In this document: positions 38,112-51,167 of the stretch, piece by piece
How positions within the stretch are numbered: position 1 is the stretch's first letter
Layout of the letters: the number at the start of each line of letters is the position of its first letter
From: Eledone cirrhosa
Taxonomy: Eukaryota
NCBI GenBank assembly: GCA_964016885.1
Contig: OZ024757.1
Span: forward strand, 14,508,001 to 14,572,000
Length of the DNA: 64,000 bases
Direction of reading: 5' to 3'
Position numbers and translations under genes: made by a program
Notes under the pieces: model-generated
Told to the model about the DNA's origin: nothing
Seen by the model: the letters and a program-made list of their open reading frames with translations, nothing else
The model's database searches: none

Positions 38112-38729
38112 ATATAAAACAAAAAATCAGTGATGCATTCGTTTTATATTATATCATACTCTGCTCAGTAAAAGCATAGAGTACTCAACCAGCATACCGC
38201 CTATGGAAGCATCTTAGCTACCACCAGACACACACACACATATATATATATATAGATATATATAAGTTCTCCCAGTTTCAATCGGGGGAAACTGCAGTAA
38301 GTAAGGTACTCAATACTACAAAGCTGAGTATAAATATTTAATATAGAAATGACTTCTACAGGACTAGAACTGTTTCATTCAGGAGAAATCATCAGGAACC
38401 CCTGATGATTTCTCCCAAATGAAACAGTTCTAGTCCTGTAGAAGCCATTTCTATATTATATATATATATTTTTTTTTTTCAACACATGAAATTTTTTTTT
38501 TGTTTCAAAATACTCAAACATAGGATAAAATTACATAAAAAAAAATAAAGAATTTAATATTTAGTCAAACATCTAGAAAAAAAAAGTAGTATTGGAAATG
38601 ACTATGAATGCTATAAATGATAGGAAAACGAGAGAAAGAGGAAGGATTATTAAGCAGTGAAAGAAAGAAAGGGTGAAGGGAGAGGGTGACACACTCTTCA
38701 CCCAAGTCAGCATGGTGCTTTGGCTGCAC

Positions 38730-38900
38730 CCCATGGACAAAATGGCAAAAGCATCTCTACAAACAATGGCCAGCGGGGTTCCTTCCAAAGACGGGCTGCT
38801 GTTATTCAAATTTTATGGAGGAGGTCAGCTGTATGGGGTTTGAGGACACCAGGGGTTTCGACGATGACAGGTGCAAAGTGGAAGTAGCCGGACAAGCCCT
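38730..38900 (-). mobile_element. Decayed C-terminal fragment of an RLE-type (CRE/NeSL-like) non-LTR retrotransposon
   Basis: GYFHFAPVIVETPGVLKPHTADLLHKI*, then LAIVCRDAFAILS in another frame; resembles the F.P...ET.G.. and L.I.RGNA..IL motifs. Confidence 0.5.
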
Positions 38901-39419
38901 TTGCTTGTCTTCCTATCCTTTGAATTGCAGGCCATGGTACCAGGGTTTGTGACCAAAGCGAGTAAGCTAAAGGCAGAGAATGTGTCTCCATAATCACAAT
39001 AAGGGAGCTACTACTTGAGAAAGCACAGTGACAAAATTCTACTGATTTTATCATAGGAAATTTACTATATTCTGAAAATATAAATTTTAATGTAAAAACT
39101 TCACCAAACAACCAACACCACCACACCATAACCACTAACACCACAGCCACCACCACCATTACACAACACCATATCACCACATCCCTAACACTATACCACC
39201 ACCAACAACACCACCACCACCTACACACCATAACATTATACCACCACCATCACCACAGCACTGCCACCCTAAAACCACACCACCACCACCTCACCTCACC
39301 ACAACACTGCCACCCTAACACTACAACACACAAAACCAAAAATAGACTGCGTAATATAATAAAGTGTCATAATTGTAATATAAATCTCTACAACATTATG
39401 ATTATATCATCAATAGTAT

Positions 39420-40760
39420 TGCCACCACCACCACTGCCACCACCACCACCACTAACACTGCCATTACCACCACCACCACCACCACTGCCACCACCACTAA
39501 CATTACCACCACCACCACCACCACCACTAACACTGCCATTACCACCACCACCACCACCACTGCCACCACCACTAACATTACCACCACCACCACCACCACC
39601 ACTAACACTGCCATTACCACCACCACCACCACTGCCACTGCCATTACCACCACCACCACCACTAACACTGCCATTACCACCACCACCACTAACACTGCCA
39701 TTACCACCACCACCACCACCACCACCACCACCACTAACACTGCCATTACCACCACTGCCACCACCACTAACACTGCCATTACCACCACCATCACCACCAC
39801 TAACACTGCCATTACCACCACCACCACCACCACCACTAACGCTGCCATTACCACCACTGCCACCACCACTAACACTGCCATTACCACCGCCACCACCACT
39901 AACACTGCCATTACCACCACCACCACTGCCACCACTACTAACACTGCCATTACCACCACCACCACTGCCACCATCACTAACACTGCCATTACCACCACCA
40001 CCACTGCCACCATCACTAACACTGCCATTACCACCACCACCATGACCACTGCCATTATCACCACCACCACCACCACCACCACTAACACTGCCATTACCAC
40101 CACCACCACCACCACTAACACTGCCATTACCACCACCACCACCACCACCACTGCCACCACCACTAACACTGCCATTACCACCACCACCAACACTGCCATT
40201 ACCACCATCACCACCACCACTAACACTGCCATTACCACCACCACTGCCACCACCACTAACACTGCCATTACCACCACCACCACCACCACCACCGCCACCA
40301 CCACTGCCATTAGCACCACCACTAACACTGTCATTACCATCACCACCACCACCACCACCACTAACACTCATTACCATCACCACCACCACCACTAACACTG
40401 TCATTACCATCACCACCACCACAACACTGTCATTACCATCAACACCACCACCACCACTAACACTGTCATTACCATCACCACCACCACTAACACTCATTAT
40501 CATCACCACCACCACTAACACTCATTACCATCACCACCACCACTAACACTCATTACCATCACCACCACCACTGCCACCACCATTAACACTGTCATTACCA
40601 TCACCATCACCACCACTGCCACCACCACTAACACTGTCATTACCATCACCACCACCACCACCATCACCACCACCACTAACAGTCATTACCATCACCACCA
40701 TCACAGTCATTACCACCACCACTGCCACCACCACTAACACTGTCATTACCACCACCACCA
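39420..40760. repeat. (CCA)n-based minisatellite with CTAACACTGCCATTA spacer
   Basis: Direct inspection. Confidence 0.92.
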
Positions 40761-40982
40761 TCACATCCACTGCCATCACCCTCATAACCAACACCACTAT
40801 CACACCCATCATCACTACCAGCATCAACCCCATCATCACTATCTTTTACCAGAGCTTCAGGACGAACCAAGCCTTGTGAGTGAAATAGGATAGACAGAGA
40901 CTATGTAAAAGCCCGTTGCATTCACTGTGACCATAATTCAAAGGTCAGGCCTGTGTCATGCTGATTCAGCTTGAGACATATG

Positions 40983-41408
40983 TTAACCCTTTAGCACTTA
41001 CATTACTCTATATATACTATTATATTTTCATAGTAGGGTGGTAGATTGGCAGAATCGGTAGAGCGTCAGACACCATGCTTTCTAGCATAGTTACGTCCCT
41101 TTACAGTCTGAGTTCAAATCCCGCCGAGGTTAACTTTGCCTTTCATCCTTACGGGGTCGATAAAATAAAGTACCAGTAATGTACTGGGTAATTGCTGGCC
41201 TTGTGCCTAAAGTAGAAACAATTATATTTTCATAGTAAAGGCAGCTCATAATTATCTCACATAATATCAAATCTATAAGATTTTTCCGTTATTTATTTTG
41301 AGAACAATACCTTAACATTGGTATGAGTGGCCAGTTACAGCCGGTTTGAACAGAAAGAGGTGAGAGAATTCTGACCGGATACAGGTGGTTTAAATGCTAA
41401 AGGGTTAA
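40983..41408 (-). mobile_element. piggyBac-like MITE containing a nested SINE family A (41036-41220, +)
   Basis: TTAA-CCCTTTAGCA ... TGCTAAAGGG-TTAA; SINE flanked by 17-bp ATTATATTTTCATAGTA at 41019-41035 and 41221-41237. Confidence 0.88.
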
Positions 41409-41701
41409 GGATGTATATGTCGGTGAAATACTCAGCCACTTACACAGATGCTGTACTGGATAGCACCCGTCCCACCCTTGCAAGCAGGGAAAAGCTGACG
41501 TAAAATGATGATGATGATGATATATATATATAAACAACAAAGCATTAACAACAAAGTATGCATGTGGGTACACGCACACAAAAAAATATGTATGAACTGT
41601 TACTCACTGCGGTATGGATGAAACATAATGTAAGAAGTAAAATTTGGTTGTAAACGTATTGCATCTCCCTCATTTATTTTGCTTATATATATATATATAT
41701 A

Positions 41702-42040
41702 TAATTGTTTCTACTTTTGGCACAAAGCCAGCAATTATCCAGTGTATTACTGGTACTTTATTTTATCGACCCCCGTAAGGATGAAAGGCAAAGTTAACCT
41801 CGGCGGGATTTGAACTCAGATCATAAAGGGACGTAACTCTATGCTTCAAAGCATGGTGTCCGACTCTCTACCGATACTGCCAATCCACCGCCTTATATAT
41901 ATATATATATATATAATGTTTCTACTTTTGGCACAAGGCCAGCAATTACCCCCGGTGCATTACTGGTACTTTATTTTATAGACTCCATAAGGCAAAGGGA
42001 TTTGAACTCAGACCGTAAAGGGACATAATTCTATGCTGTA
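41702..42040 (-). mobile_element. SINE family A full copy plus a deleted copy
   Basis: Reverse complement of consensus. Confidence 0.85.
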
Positions 42041-42364
42041 AAGTAATAATAATATATGAGGTTATAGTGCAGTACTTCACTATTTCCATTGATAAGATGA
42101 GATAAGCACAATGTACTTTACCATCCTCTCTTCTCTGTTCTTCAGGAGCAAAAAAAAAGGATGAGAATAATTCAGGTAGCAGAGCAAAATACAAAATTTT
42201 AAGAAATACAAAATTTTAAGAAAATACAAAATTTTAAGAAAATCAAGGATAGGAAATTATTATTTATTCATACATCTCTACGAACGTTTTAACACAGCTA
42301 GAATATCACATCGATATTCTGTATTCCTAGCATTGGCTCTCTTAAAATGTTGAATATATATATA

Positions 42365-42462
42365 CAGGGTGTCACAAAGTGTATACACACTTTAACAGCA
42401 TTCTAATAAATATTGTCTGTATATGTAATAAAAGAATGTATACATTTTGGGGGGACACCCTG
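42365..42462. mobile_element. Tc1/mariner-like MITE of about 100 bp; copies at 47010-47108 and partial at about 45185-45268
   Basis: TA-CAGGGTGTC ... GACACCCTG-TA terminal inverted repeats; shared interior AACAGCATTCTAATAAATATTG. Confidence 0.82.
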
Positions 42463-42629
42463 TATACTCTTTTACTCTTTTACCTGTTCCAGCCATCCGG
42501 CTGAGGCTATGCTGGGGCATATATATATATATATAAATATATTTTGAATGGACCTGTTATTTTTATCTAAAAACATTTTTTCTAATTCAAACCCACCCGT
42601 CCCTTCAATCTATCTTATTTCTCATTCTT

Positions 42630-42665
42630 TCTTCTGATGAAAGACTAGCCTCCGAAACGTTAAGA
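42630..42665 (+). ncRNA. Minimal type I hammerhead ribozyme motif within a Penelope-like fragment (42545-42750)
   Basis: TCTT-CTGATGA-AAGACTAGCCTCC-GAAA-CGT-T-AAGA: stem I TCTT/AAGA, palindromic ACGT stem III, stem II partly decayed. Confidence 0.6.
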
Positions 42666-42947
42666 CCCTCTTCCTGCTATTTCAAGCATTAACCTAATAT
42701 ATTCCTTCCATATACTGTACCAATTGTGTTGTTATTTCTGTTTACCTTTTATATATATAAACAAATTTAGCCTGACAATGGCGTTTATAACCCTATAAGA
42801 AATGGAAAAAGATTAGTATGTATGTTAATACTCATCTTTTTCCATTTCTTAGATGGTTCTAAACCCCACTGTCAGGCTAAAATTTCTTTAGTCAAAAATA
42901 CGCTCGCTATTTCAAAAAACATACTTAGTTGTGTGTGTATATATACT

Positions 42948-43289
42948 GGAGGCACATAGCTTAGTGGTTAGAGCATTGGCCTTGCAATCGAAAGGTTGTG
43001 AGTTCAATTCTCAGACGGGGTGATCTGTTGTTTCCTTGAGCAAGACACTTTATTTCACATTGCTCCAGTTTATTCAGCTGTAGAAATGAGATGATAGGGA
43101 CTCGGGTCCCTATCATTCCACTGCAAAGTGGTCGTGGAGGTGCCACGGCAAAAAAGCACCCAGCATTCACTGTAAATGAGGTTGGTGTTAGGAAGGGCAT
43201 CCAGCTGTAGAAATCAAGCCAGAATCAGTTCCCGTCCCACCCTTGCAAGCAGGGAAAAGCAGACGTAAAATGATGATGATGATGATGAT
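42948..43289 (+). mobile_element. Full-length SINE family B
   Basis: GGAGGCACATAGCTTAGTGG A box, GAGTTCAATTC B box, RTE-type tail with (TGA)n. Confidence 0.9.
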
Positions 43290-43878
43290 ATCTATATATA
43301 AAGAATGTGCTGCTGAGACCAGGGAGACCACAAATCAGAAGAGCACTCTATGTGTGGGAACAAACAGAATGGGTATAGAGGAAGGTAAAATCCCAACCGT
43401 GATGCCTAGCAGTTTTGGCTTGTATTCAACAACCCTTTTCAAGGGATTCAAGCATATATAGATAGAATGTTGTAATCAAGGTATTATTAGATTACATATA
43501 TATTTACTACAAACCTTGTCATGGGTATGGATACTGTGCTAGTATGTGTGTGTATATTCGTACACACACATATATATATATATATTTATGATAATATGCA
43601 AGTGTCAAGCAACAGTGTTGATAAAAAGAACAGTAGTTGAACAACCAGGGCCAGATTTAATAAGGTACAAAGGGAGCAATTGCCACATGAACAACAATAA
43701 AAATATTAAAAAGATTGATATGAATAATGGTATATAATAATTTTTATGCAGGGGTTCCCTGAGACATGAAAACTACTTCAAAGGTTCCACAAGAGTAAAA
43801 AGGTTGAGAAATGCTGATCTATACCTATCTACTTATCTATCAACCTAACAGTCTATCTATCTTCCTATCTATCTATCT

Positions 43879-44746
43879 CGCCCTCGGAGAAGCCCTAGAC
43901 ATGGAGGAGGACGAACTGGCCAGCCTGTTCGGTAGGACATTCAGCCCGGGACCTATGGACAACTTCCAGAAGTCCCTGGCCTGGCAGTGCTACCGAGGGG
44001 CTCTACCCATTCGAGAAAAGCTCTACAGACACGGGCGCCTGGGTAGGGACCCCGCCAAAAAGATCTGTCCCAGATGCGTGTGCGACGAGGAAACCGTTGC
44101 ACACGCATTGGTACACTGCTCGGGCGTAGCCGATCTGTGGGGCTATGTCGAACAACTGCTGTCAAGGGTGGGACCGATCCGGTTGACCACCGAGTCTATT
44201 GTAATGATCAAGCCGCCTCCCCCCTTCAAAGATGAAGGAGAGGCGGTGTTTCTATGCGTAATAACCATGGTGAAAGAAGTTGTATAGTGGACGCTTCTGA
44301 AAGGACTGAGGTCAGGCACCTTTCTCTCTGGCCAACAACTGGTCCGTTTCTTCAGATATCATTTCGGAAGAAGGATCAGGATAGAGAGAGAGGTGCTCCA
44401 CCCCAGTCGTTTTTATGAAAGGTGGGTGAAAGTGGCGAGAATGGCCCGTGTGAATGGGCCTTCTCTTTACATAAGCCTGTAGGTGGAAAAGAGGAAGGAA
44501 CGAGGGAGCACCCCCCTCTCTGTGCTCCTGAGGAAAAGGGTTGCACACTTTTTTCGGGGGTGTGTGCGACCCCCAAGGCGCCTCCTCTCTATTGAGGATT
44601 TTGTTATAAATTTTATTTTTTGTTATATTTTATTTTATTTTTATACATTGTTATTGCCTCCTCCTTATTGAGGACGCCTTTTTGTGTAAACTCCCCCCTT
44701 TGTACTTGTCCCACTTTTGATGCCCTGGTGGCAAATAAAAGAAACA
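43879..44746 (+). mobile_element. 5'-truncated Tx1/L1-like LINE (copy 2) with C-terminal zf-RVT-like zinc finger and 3' UTR
   Basis: LAWQCYRGALPIREKL...CPRC...ETVAHALVHC....LW; stop at 44285-44287; AATAAAAGAAA end; TATCTATCTATC at 43866-43877 and 44747-44758. Confidence 0.88.
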
Positions 44747-45276
44747 TATCTATCTATCAACCTACATACCTCTCTATCTATGTCTGCCTGTCAATCTATT
44801 GTTATCTATTTATGTATATTTGCCAATGTATCTATCTTTGAATAAGAACAACTACAACAGCAAAGCATATATCCTAACAGCAAACCAAAGATAGATAGAC
44901 AGATAAACAGTCAGACAGATGCTTAGGTAGAACAAAGTAACCATAATTTGATAATGATTTTAGATAATATGAAAGAAAATTATTGTAATTGATTTAAATG
45001 AATGTAAAATGAAATACAGCAATGACCAGAGTAAAATTGAAGATTCAAGAATCTTAAAATAGAATTTTGTAATAAAGGTATTATTAAATTGAATATATTT
45101 TTATTACAGACCTTGTCATTTGTTGTGGATACTATGTTAGTACATGTGGGTGTATATTCAGATACATAAGAATATATAAAATAAAATGTATACACACTTT
45201 GATTACCTGAACAGGCAATATTTATTAGAATGCTGTTGAAATATGTACACATTTTTTTGGACACCCTGTATGTGTG

Positions 45277-45322
<46 letters not shown>

Positions 45323-45371
45323 CACACACACAATCACACACATATTTATATATATTTATATACATACACAT

Positions 45372-46074
45372 ATTCGTTAGCTTGGTTGCAACCAGAGCTT
45401 TGATGATGCTGTACTAAATTTTGTATTATTATCTCCTAGAATTAACGATTAATTGATTAATTTAATTAGACAATTCTATTGATTGATTAATTGTTTATGT
45501 TTGTTTGATAACTTCTAGTTAAGTGCTTAATTCGGTTTGTGTAAAGGAATTTTATTCCTTTGTTCCAAATTTGAATTGACTGCCAAAACCGGGGGTTACC
45601 TCCCTTCGGGAAAACCATGTGCCTTCTAGCAGTGGTTACTACTAGCATTCACACCCGGGCGGACAAGAACGAAAAACTTGTTGACGTAGTAAATTCCTTG
45701 TTCTATCTTCCAAAAACCATTAACTTGCAGACCCCTGCAAGTGGATTTTGTCGATTTCAGCTTTACAGAAACCTAGCGGAGATATTATATATTATATGTG
45801 ATGTATATTACATGGTATATATCATGTGTTGTGTATGATGTCGACACGATGGTCCGGGTTAGTCAAAAATGTTATCCTGAGTTCAGTTTTTTTCGTCGCT
45901 ATGGTCACTGCGGCCCGTCTATCGGTCGCTGTCTTCAATTTGCAAAGCTGTCTAAACGTAATGTTATAACTCTAGGGTAATATACCCTATTGAGTGCTTA
46001 GCTGCACACCGAGATTGCATTCGTTAGCTTGGCTGCAACCAGAATTTCGATGATGCTGTACTAAATTTTGTATT
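45372..46074. mobile_element. Unclassified element with 56-bp terminal direct repeats
   Basis: 45372-45427 matches 46019-46074 with about 4 mismatches; (TA/CA)n flanks; hairpin-rich interior. Confidence 0.55.
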
Positions 46075-46109
46075 TATATATATACACACACAAATATATA
46101 TATATATAT

Positions 46110-46535
46110 ATAATATAAGATCAAAAGATGGTTAAAAGAGTTCCAAGTATTTTATTATGCACATTTCAAAAACAAATATCATCATGGGATGATATCTGCG
46201 TTTTCATCAGATAAAATAAGGATACATGATATGAAGCTTAAAAAACACTTGTGAATAGTGAAGTTTTAAATCAACATATGAAAAATAATTTAAGATTGAT
46301 GTATGAGATTGGGAAAAAGTGAGGTGGGGGTGAGGGGGGGGGGGGAGGTAAGGAAGAGGAGGAGATGAGAGTAAAGAATGGTTGGGGAGGAGTATAAGAA
46401 GGAAGGATGAGAGAGGAGGAGAGATGGGTGATAGAGAGAGAGATAGCCTTTACAACTGAGAAAAAAAAAGATATTGTCTCACTGAGACAATATATATTTG
46501 CATTGCTTTATTGTGCTACAATAAAACTCACCTCC

Positions 46536-46540
<5 letters not shown>
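46110..46540 (-). mobile_element. Penelope-like fragment (family 4); further copies at 49251-49590 (fold-back) and 49603-49770
   Basis: Minus strand CTGATGAAAACGCAGATATCATC...GATGATATTTGTTTTTGAAA...AATAAA; three copies in the window. Confidence 0.62.
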
Positions 46541-46581
<41 letters not shown>

Positions 46582-46862
46582 CATACACACACATATATAT
46601 ATATAAATAAATATATATATATATATATATATATCATAACATATTGGTTACTACTACTACTACCACAACCATCACCATCCTGACAACCACTGTTACTACT
46701 AATACTAATACTATTTCCACTAGTAATACTAACAGTGGTGTCAATTTATATATGTAGATTTGTCAATCTGAGATGCAGTGACATTCACATATATATTTAG
46801 ATATGGAAGGTAAAAAAAAAACAGTGTAGAGGCTTCTATTGGTGTGTTGGAGGTGAGTATGT

Positions 46863-46902
<40 letters not shown>

Positions 46903-47371
46903 GGATGCATATATATATATATTTATGTGTATGTATCTAGAGATTTATGAATATATATATATATATATCCATAAATCTCTAGATATATATACATAAATAT
47001 ATATATATACAGGGTGTCCCAAAAAATGTATATACACTTCAACAGCATTCTAATAAATATTGCCTGTATAGGTAATCAAAGTGTGTATACATTTTTGGGG
47101 ACACTCTGTATATATATATTTAGGCGCCACGGAAAAAAAGCACCCAGCGCTCACTGTAAATGAGGTTGGTGTTAGGAAGGGCATCAAGCCAGAATCAGTT
47201 CCCGTATGAGCAAGACAAGGTCAGCCAATCGGACACTGCCCACAACAGGACAACCCGTCTAACCCATGCTAGCGTGGAAGAACGGACGTAAAACGGTGAT
47301 GATGATAATGATACCTGGAGATTTATAAATATATATATGTATGTATGTATGTATATGTGCATGTGTGTGTG

Positions 47372-47403
<32 letters not shown>

Positions 47404-47588
47404 TATAATAGAAATGTTTTCTGTTTGAGAATGGGAGAAGTCCTCAGCTAAATAAGGTACTCAATACACCAACAAGAGAGTGTACAAAATTTATTTAAAA
47501 TAAAAATGACTTCCTCAATATTAGTTTGAAATCATCAGGGAGGGATTTAAAATATTTTATGTATGTGTCAGTGTGTATATATATGTGG

Positions 47589-47619
<31 letters not shown>

Positions 47620-47715
47620 CACACACACATATGCATACATAATATACACAGTAGTGTAGCTAGGGAGAGATGAAAAATTCAGAGGCTGCCTCAGGCAGCA
47701 GTCTCTAGCTACACC

Positions 47716-47760
<45 letters not shown>

Positions 47761-47824
47761 ATAGCTGATGTAAGGTGTACCAACTCAAATTTTAGTCATA
47801 TTTGTATATACTGTACGAGTGTGT

Positions 47825-47861
<37 letters not shown>

Positions 47862-47989
47862 TATATACATATACATATATATATACGTACATATATATAT
47901 ATATACATATACATATATATATACGTACATATATATATATACATACATACATATACATATATATATATACGTACATATATATATATATA

Positions 47990-48021
<32 letters not shown>

Positions 48022-48828
48022 CATACATATACATACATATACATATATATACATACATACATATATATATATATAGACAGACATAAATATACATATATAT
48101 ATGGTGGCTGCCAACTCGTTTTCAAGTACGGCCACTACTTTATATCCATGTAGGAGAACCCCTACCGATGCGCTGAACAAGTGTGACATTTTAGTCCAGC
48201 CAGCGACTTGAAAACTCTGGTACAAACACTACACTTGTGACAATTATTGACACATAGCGCTGGGCCCATGGTACCATGTGATGACAAGTGCAGAGAGATC
48301 TCCAGATATAAAGCAATGCCTGTGCCGTGAAGCTTTTATAGTGAGCAAAGGCACTGCACAAAGCCAGTCCCACTCTCTTAACCAAGATGATATTTACCAA
48401 AAAGAAGAACAAGTCAACATCATTGGATACCATCAGGGTTGCAGGTGTTATATCAGAGTTTTCCTTCTCCTAGAATTCTGCCTTGACAAAGGCTAAGAGG
48501 TCATCTCTCCCGGTGATTTTGGATGGCCATCGACTCTTAAGAGCTTCTTTGCCCTTTGACAGGTTTTGTTTTTAGTCCTGCAGGATGTCCAAAGTCACCC
48601 TCCTCACCAAGAAACCTTGGTGGGGTTGCCAGTTTAGTCGCCAACGACCCGACCATGGGACAGGTTGTACTGGGGATACATGTTACCAGTAGCACCAACT
48701 GGTGACCTGACACATACATATACATATATATATACATATAGATATACATACATATACATATATATATTTATATATATATATACATATATAAACATACATA
48801 TACATATATGTATGTATATGTATGTATG

Positions 48829-48888
<60 letters not shown>

Positions 48889-49768
48889 CATACATATATA
48901 TCCATATATATATATATACATATATATATACATATACTGGAATTGAATAATCAAGACCATAGCGGTATGTCATATATCAAATCATATATTTTGTCTGATG
49001 AAAACGTACTTAAACACCATAGTACCTTTGAAATATGTATAATAAAGTATATATTTTGATTATGTGAGTATTTTTCATTTAACATTTTGAATAATATGTA
49101 TACATATACATATATTTTGATCTTATATTATATATATATATATATACATGTATATATATGTATATATGTGCCTGTATGTTTCTTCTGTATGTATTTTATT
49201 ATGAAAATCTCTCTCTCTCTCTCTTCCAGCATATATATATATATATATATATAATATAAGATCAAAAGATGGTTAAAAGAGTTCCAAGTATTTTATTAGG
49301 CGCATTTCAAAAACAAATATCATCATGAGATGATATCTGCGTTTTCATCAGATAAAATAGGAATACATGATATGAAGGTTAAAAAACACTTGTGATATCA
49401 TGTATCCCTATTTTATCTGATGAAAACGCAGATATCATCTCATGAAATGCACATAATAAAATACTTGGAACTCTTTTAACCATCTTTTGATCTTATATTA
49501 TTTATACTCCAGTCCTACAAACTGTAGAGTGCTACTTATCCAATATTTGCATTGCTTTATTGTGTTACAATAAAACTCACCTCCTACATATATATATATA
49601 TATAATATAAGATCAAAAGACGGTTAAATGAGTTCCATGTATTTTATTATGCGCATTTCAAAAAAAAATATCATCATGCAATAACATTTGTGTTTTCATC
49701 AGATAAAATAGGAGGACATGATATGAAGGTTAAAAACACTTGTGGATAGTGCAGTTTTAAATCAACAT

Positions 49769-49814
<46 letters not shown>

Positions 49815-50153
49815 AAACGTGTGTAGATCTATTTTTCCACCTGTCACTAAATGTGTGTCCATTTCTATATAAACATGTATGCATCTATGTATATATGCAT
49901 GTGTGTATGTATATATGCATGTGTGTGTATATTTATGTATGTGTGTATGTGTGTATGTATATGTAGGTTTATGTACCTCAATGTATATGTATTTATACAT
50001 GTATGTATGTGTGTGTATATATATGTCGATGTATATGTATATATATATGTGTCGATGTATATGTATTTACACATGTATATATATATGTATATATATATAT
50101 ATGTCGATGTATATGTATTCATGTATGTATGTGTGTGTGTGTATATATATATA

Positions 50154-50248
<95 letters not shown>

Positions 50249-51167
50249 GTGTGTGTATGTATGTATATGTATTTATACATGTATTATAATTGTCAAGACA
50301 GTGGAGGACTGGTGTGGGGTGAGGTTGTGACGGGGGGAGGGCCGAATTAAGCTGAGATAACATAAATACCTCACAACACAAAACAATACATGAAAGCATG
50401 TTGAAGTTCTGACCGTGACAAAGATATTACGCCGCTAAAATATATTTTATCCTTCCAACACACACATACATCTAAGACAATCGGGTGGCTTCTACGAGGT
50501 CACTCAATCTACTCGAAATAGCAGCCAAATTCCCCCCCTTTTCCGAAATGAATGAGCACACCGCACATATATACAAACACTAAAAATAATAATAATAAGA
50601 CGAGATGGTCATGGCTAGAAAGTCATTAATCTGCTTCGTTTGGATAGGCCTGTGGTTCCATAACAACAACGCATTACACAATATAACGCTTGAAGGCGGC
50701 TCCGTGCGGTTGTAAGACCTGCTAGAAATAACAGCCAGATCTTCAAATAACACCCCCTACAATTTTTTTAAAAAGAAATACACACAGGATAGTGTAGTCC
50801 AAGATACACTATATATGAGGGTGGGTAAAAAATAGGACATCTTTTAATATAAAGCGGGGGGGGGGGAAGAATCGTTAGAGCTTTGTGAAATTTGTTACGG
50901 CTCTTTACGTTATGAGTTCAAATCCAGCAGAGGTCAACTTTGCCTTTCATCCTTTCAGGGTCGATAAAATAAAGTACCAGTCACGCACTGGTGTCCATTT
51001 AATAAACTTTCCACTCCCTCGAATTACTGGTCTTGTTCCAAAATTATAAATTATGATAGGTCTGTATACTGACCAGGTGGGTAACATCGTTACCCCAGCA
51101 TTAATTGAACTTAGAGAAGTATCAGGTAATATTCGTGAGGGTGCTAATTCAGTGCTTTAATCTCGCT

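Noticed and set aside
39388-40521. Gly-rich and Pro-rich ORFs like structural proteins
   Set aside because: (CCA)n-derived minisatellite, open on both strands, no splice or start support.
42948-43020. tRNA gene
   Set aside because: A and B boxes are present, but it is the head of a multi-copy SINE with no intact cloverleaf.
47649-47720. Tiny inverted-repeat element (GTGTAGCTAG/CTAGCTACAC)
   Set aside because: Single short instance with no clear TSD; cannot be classified.
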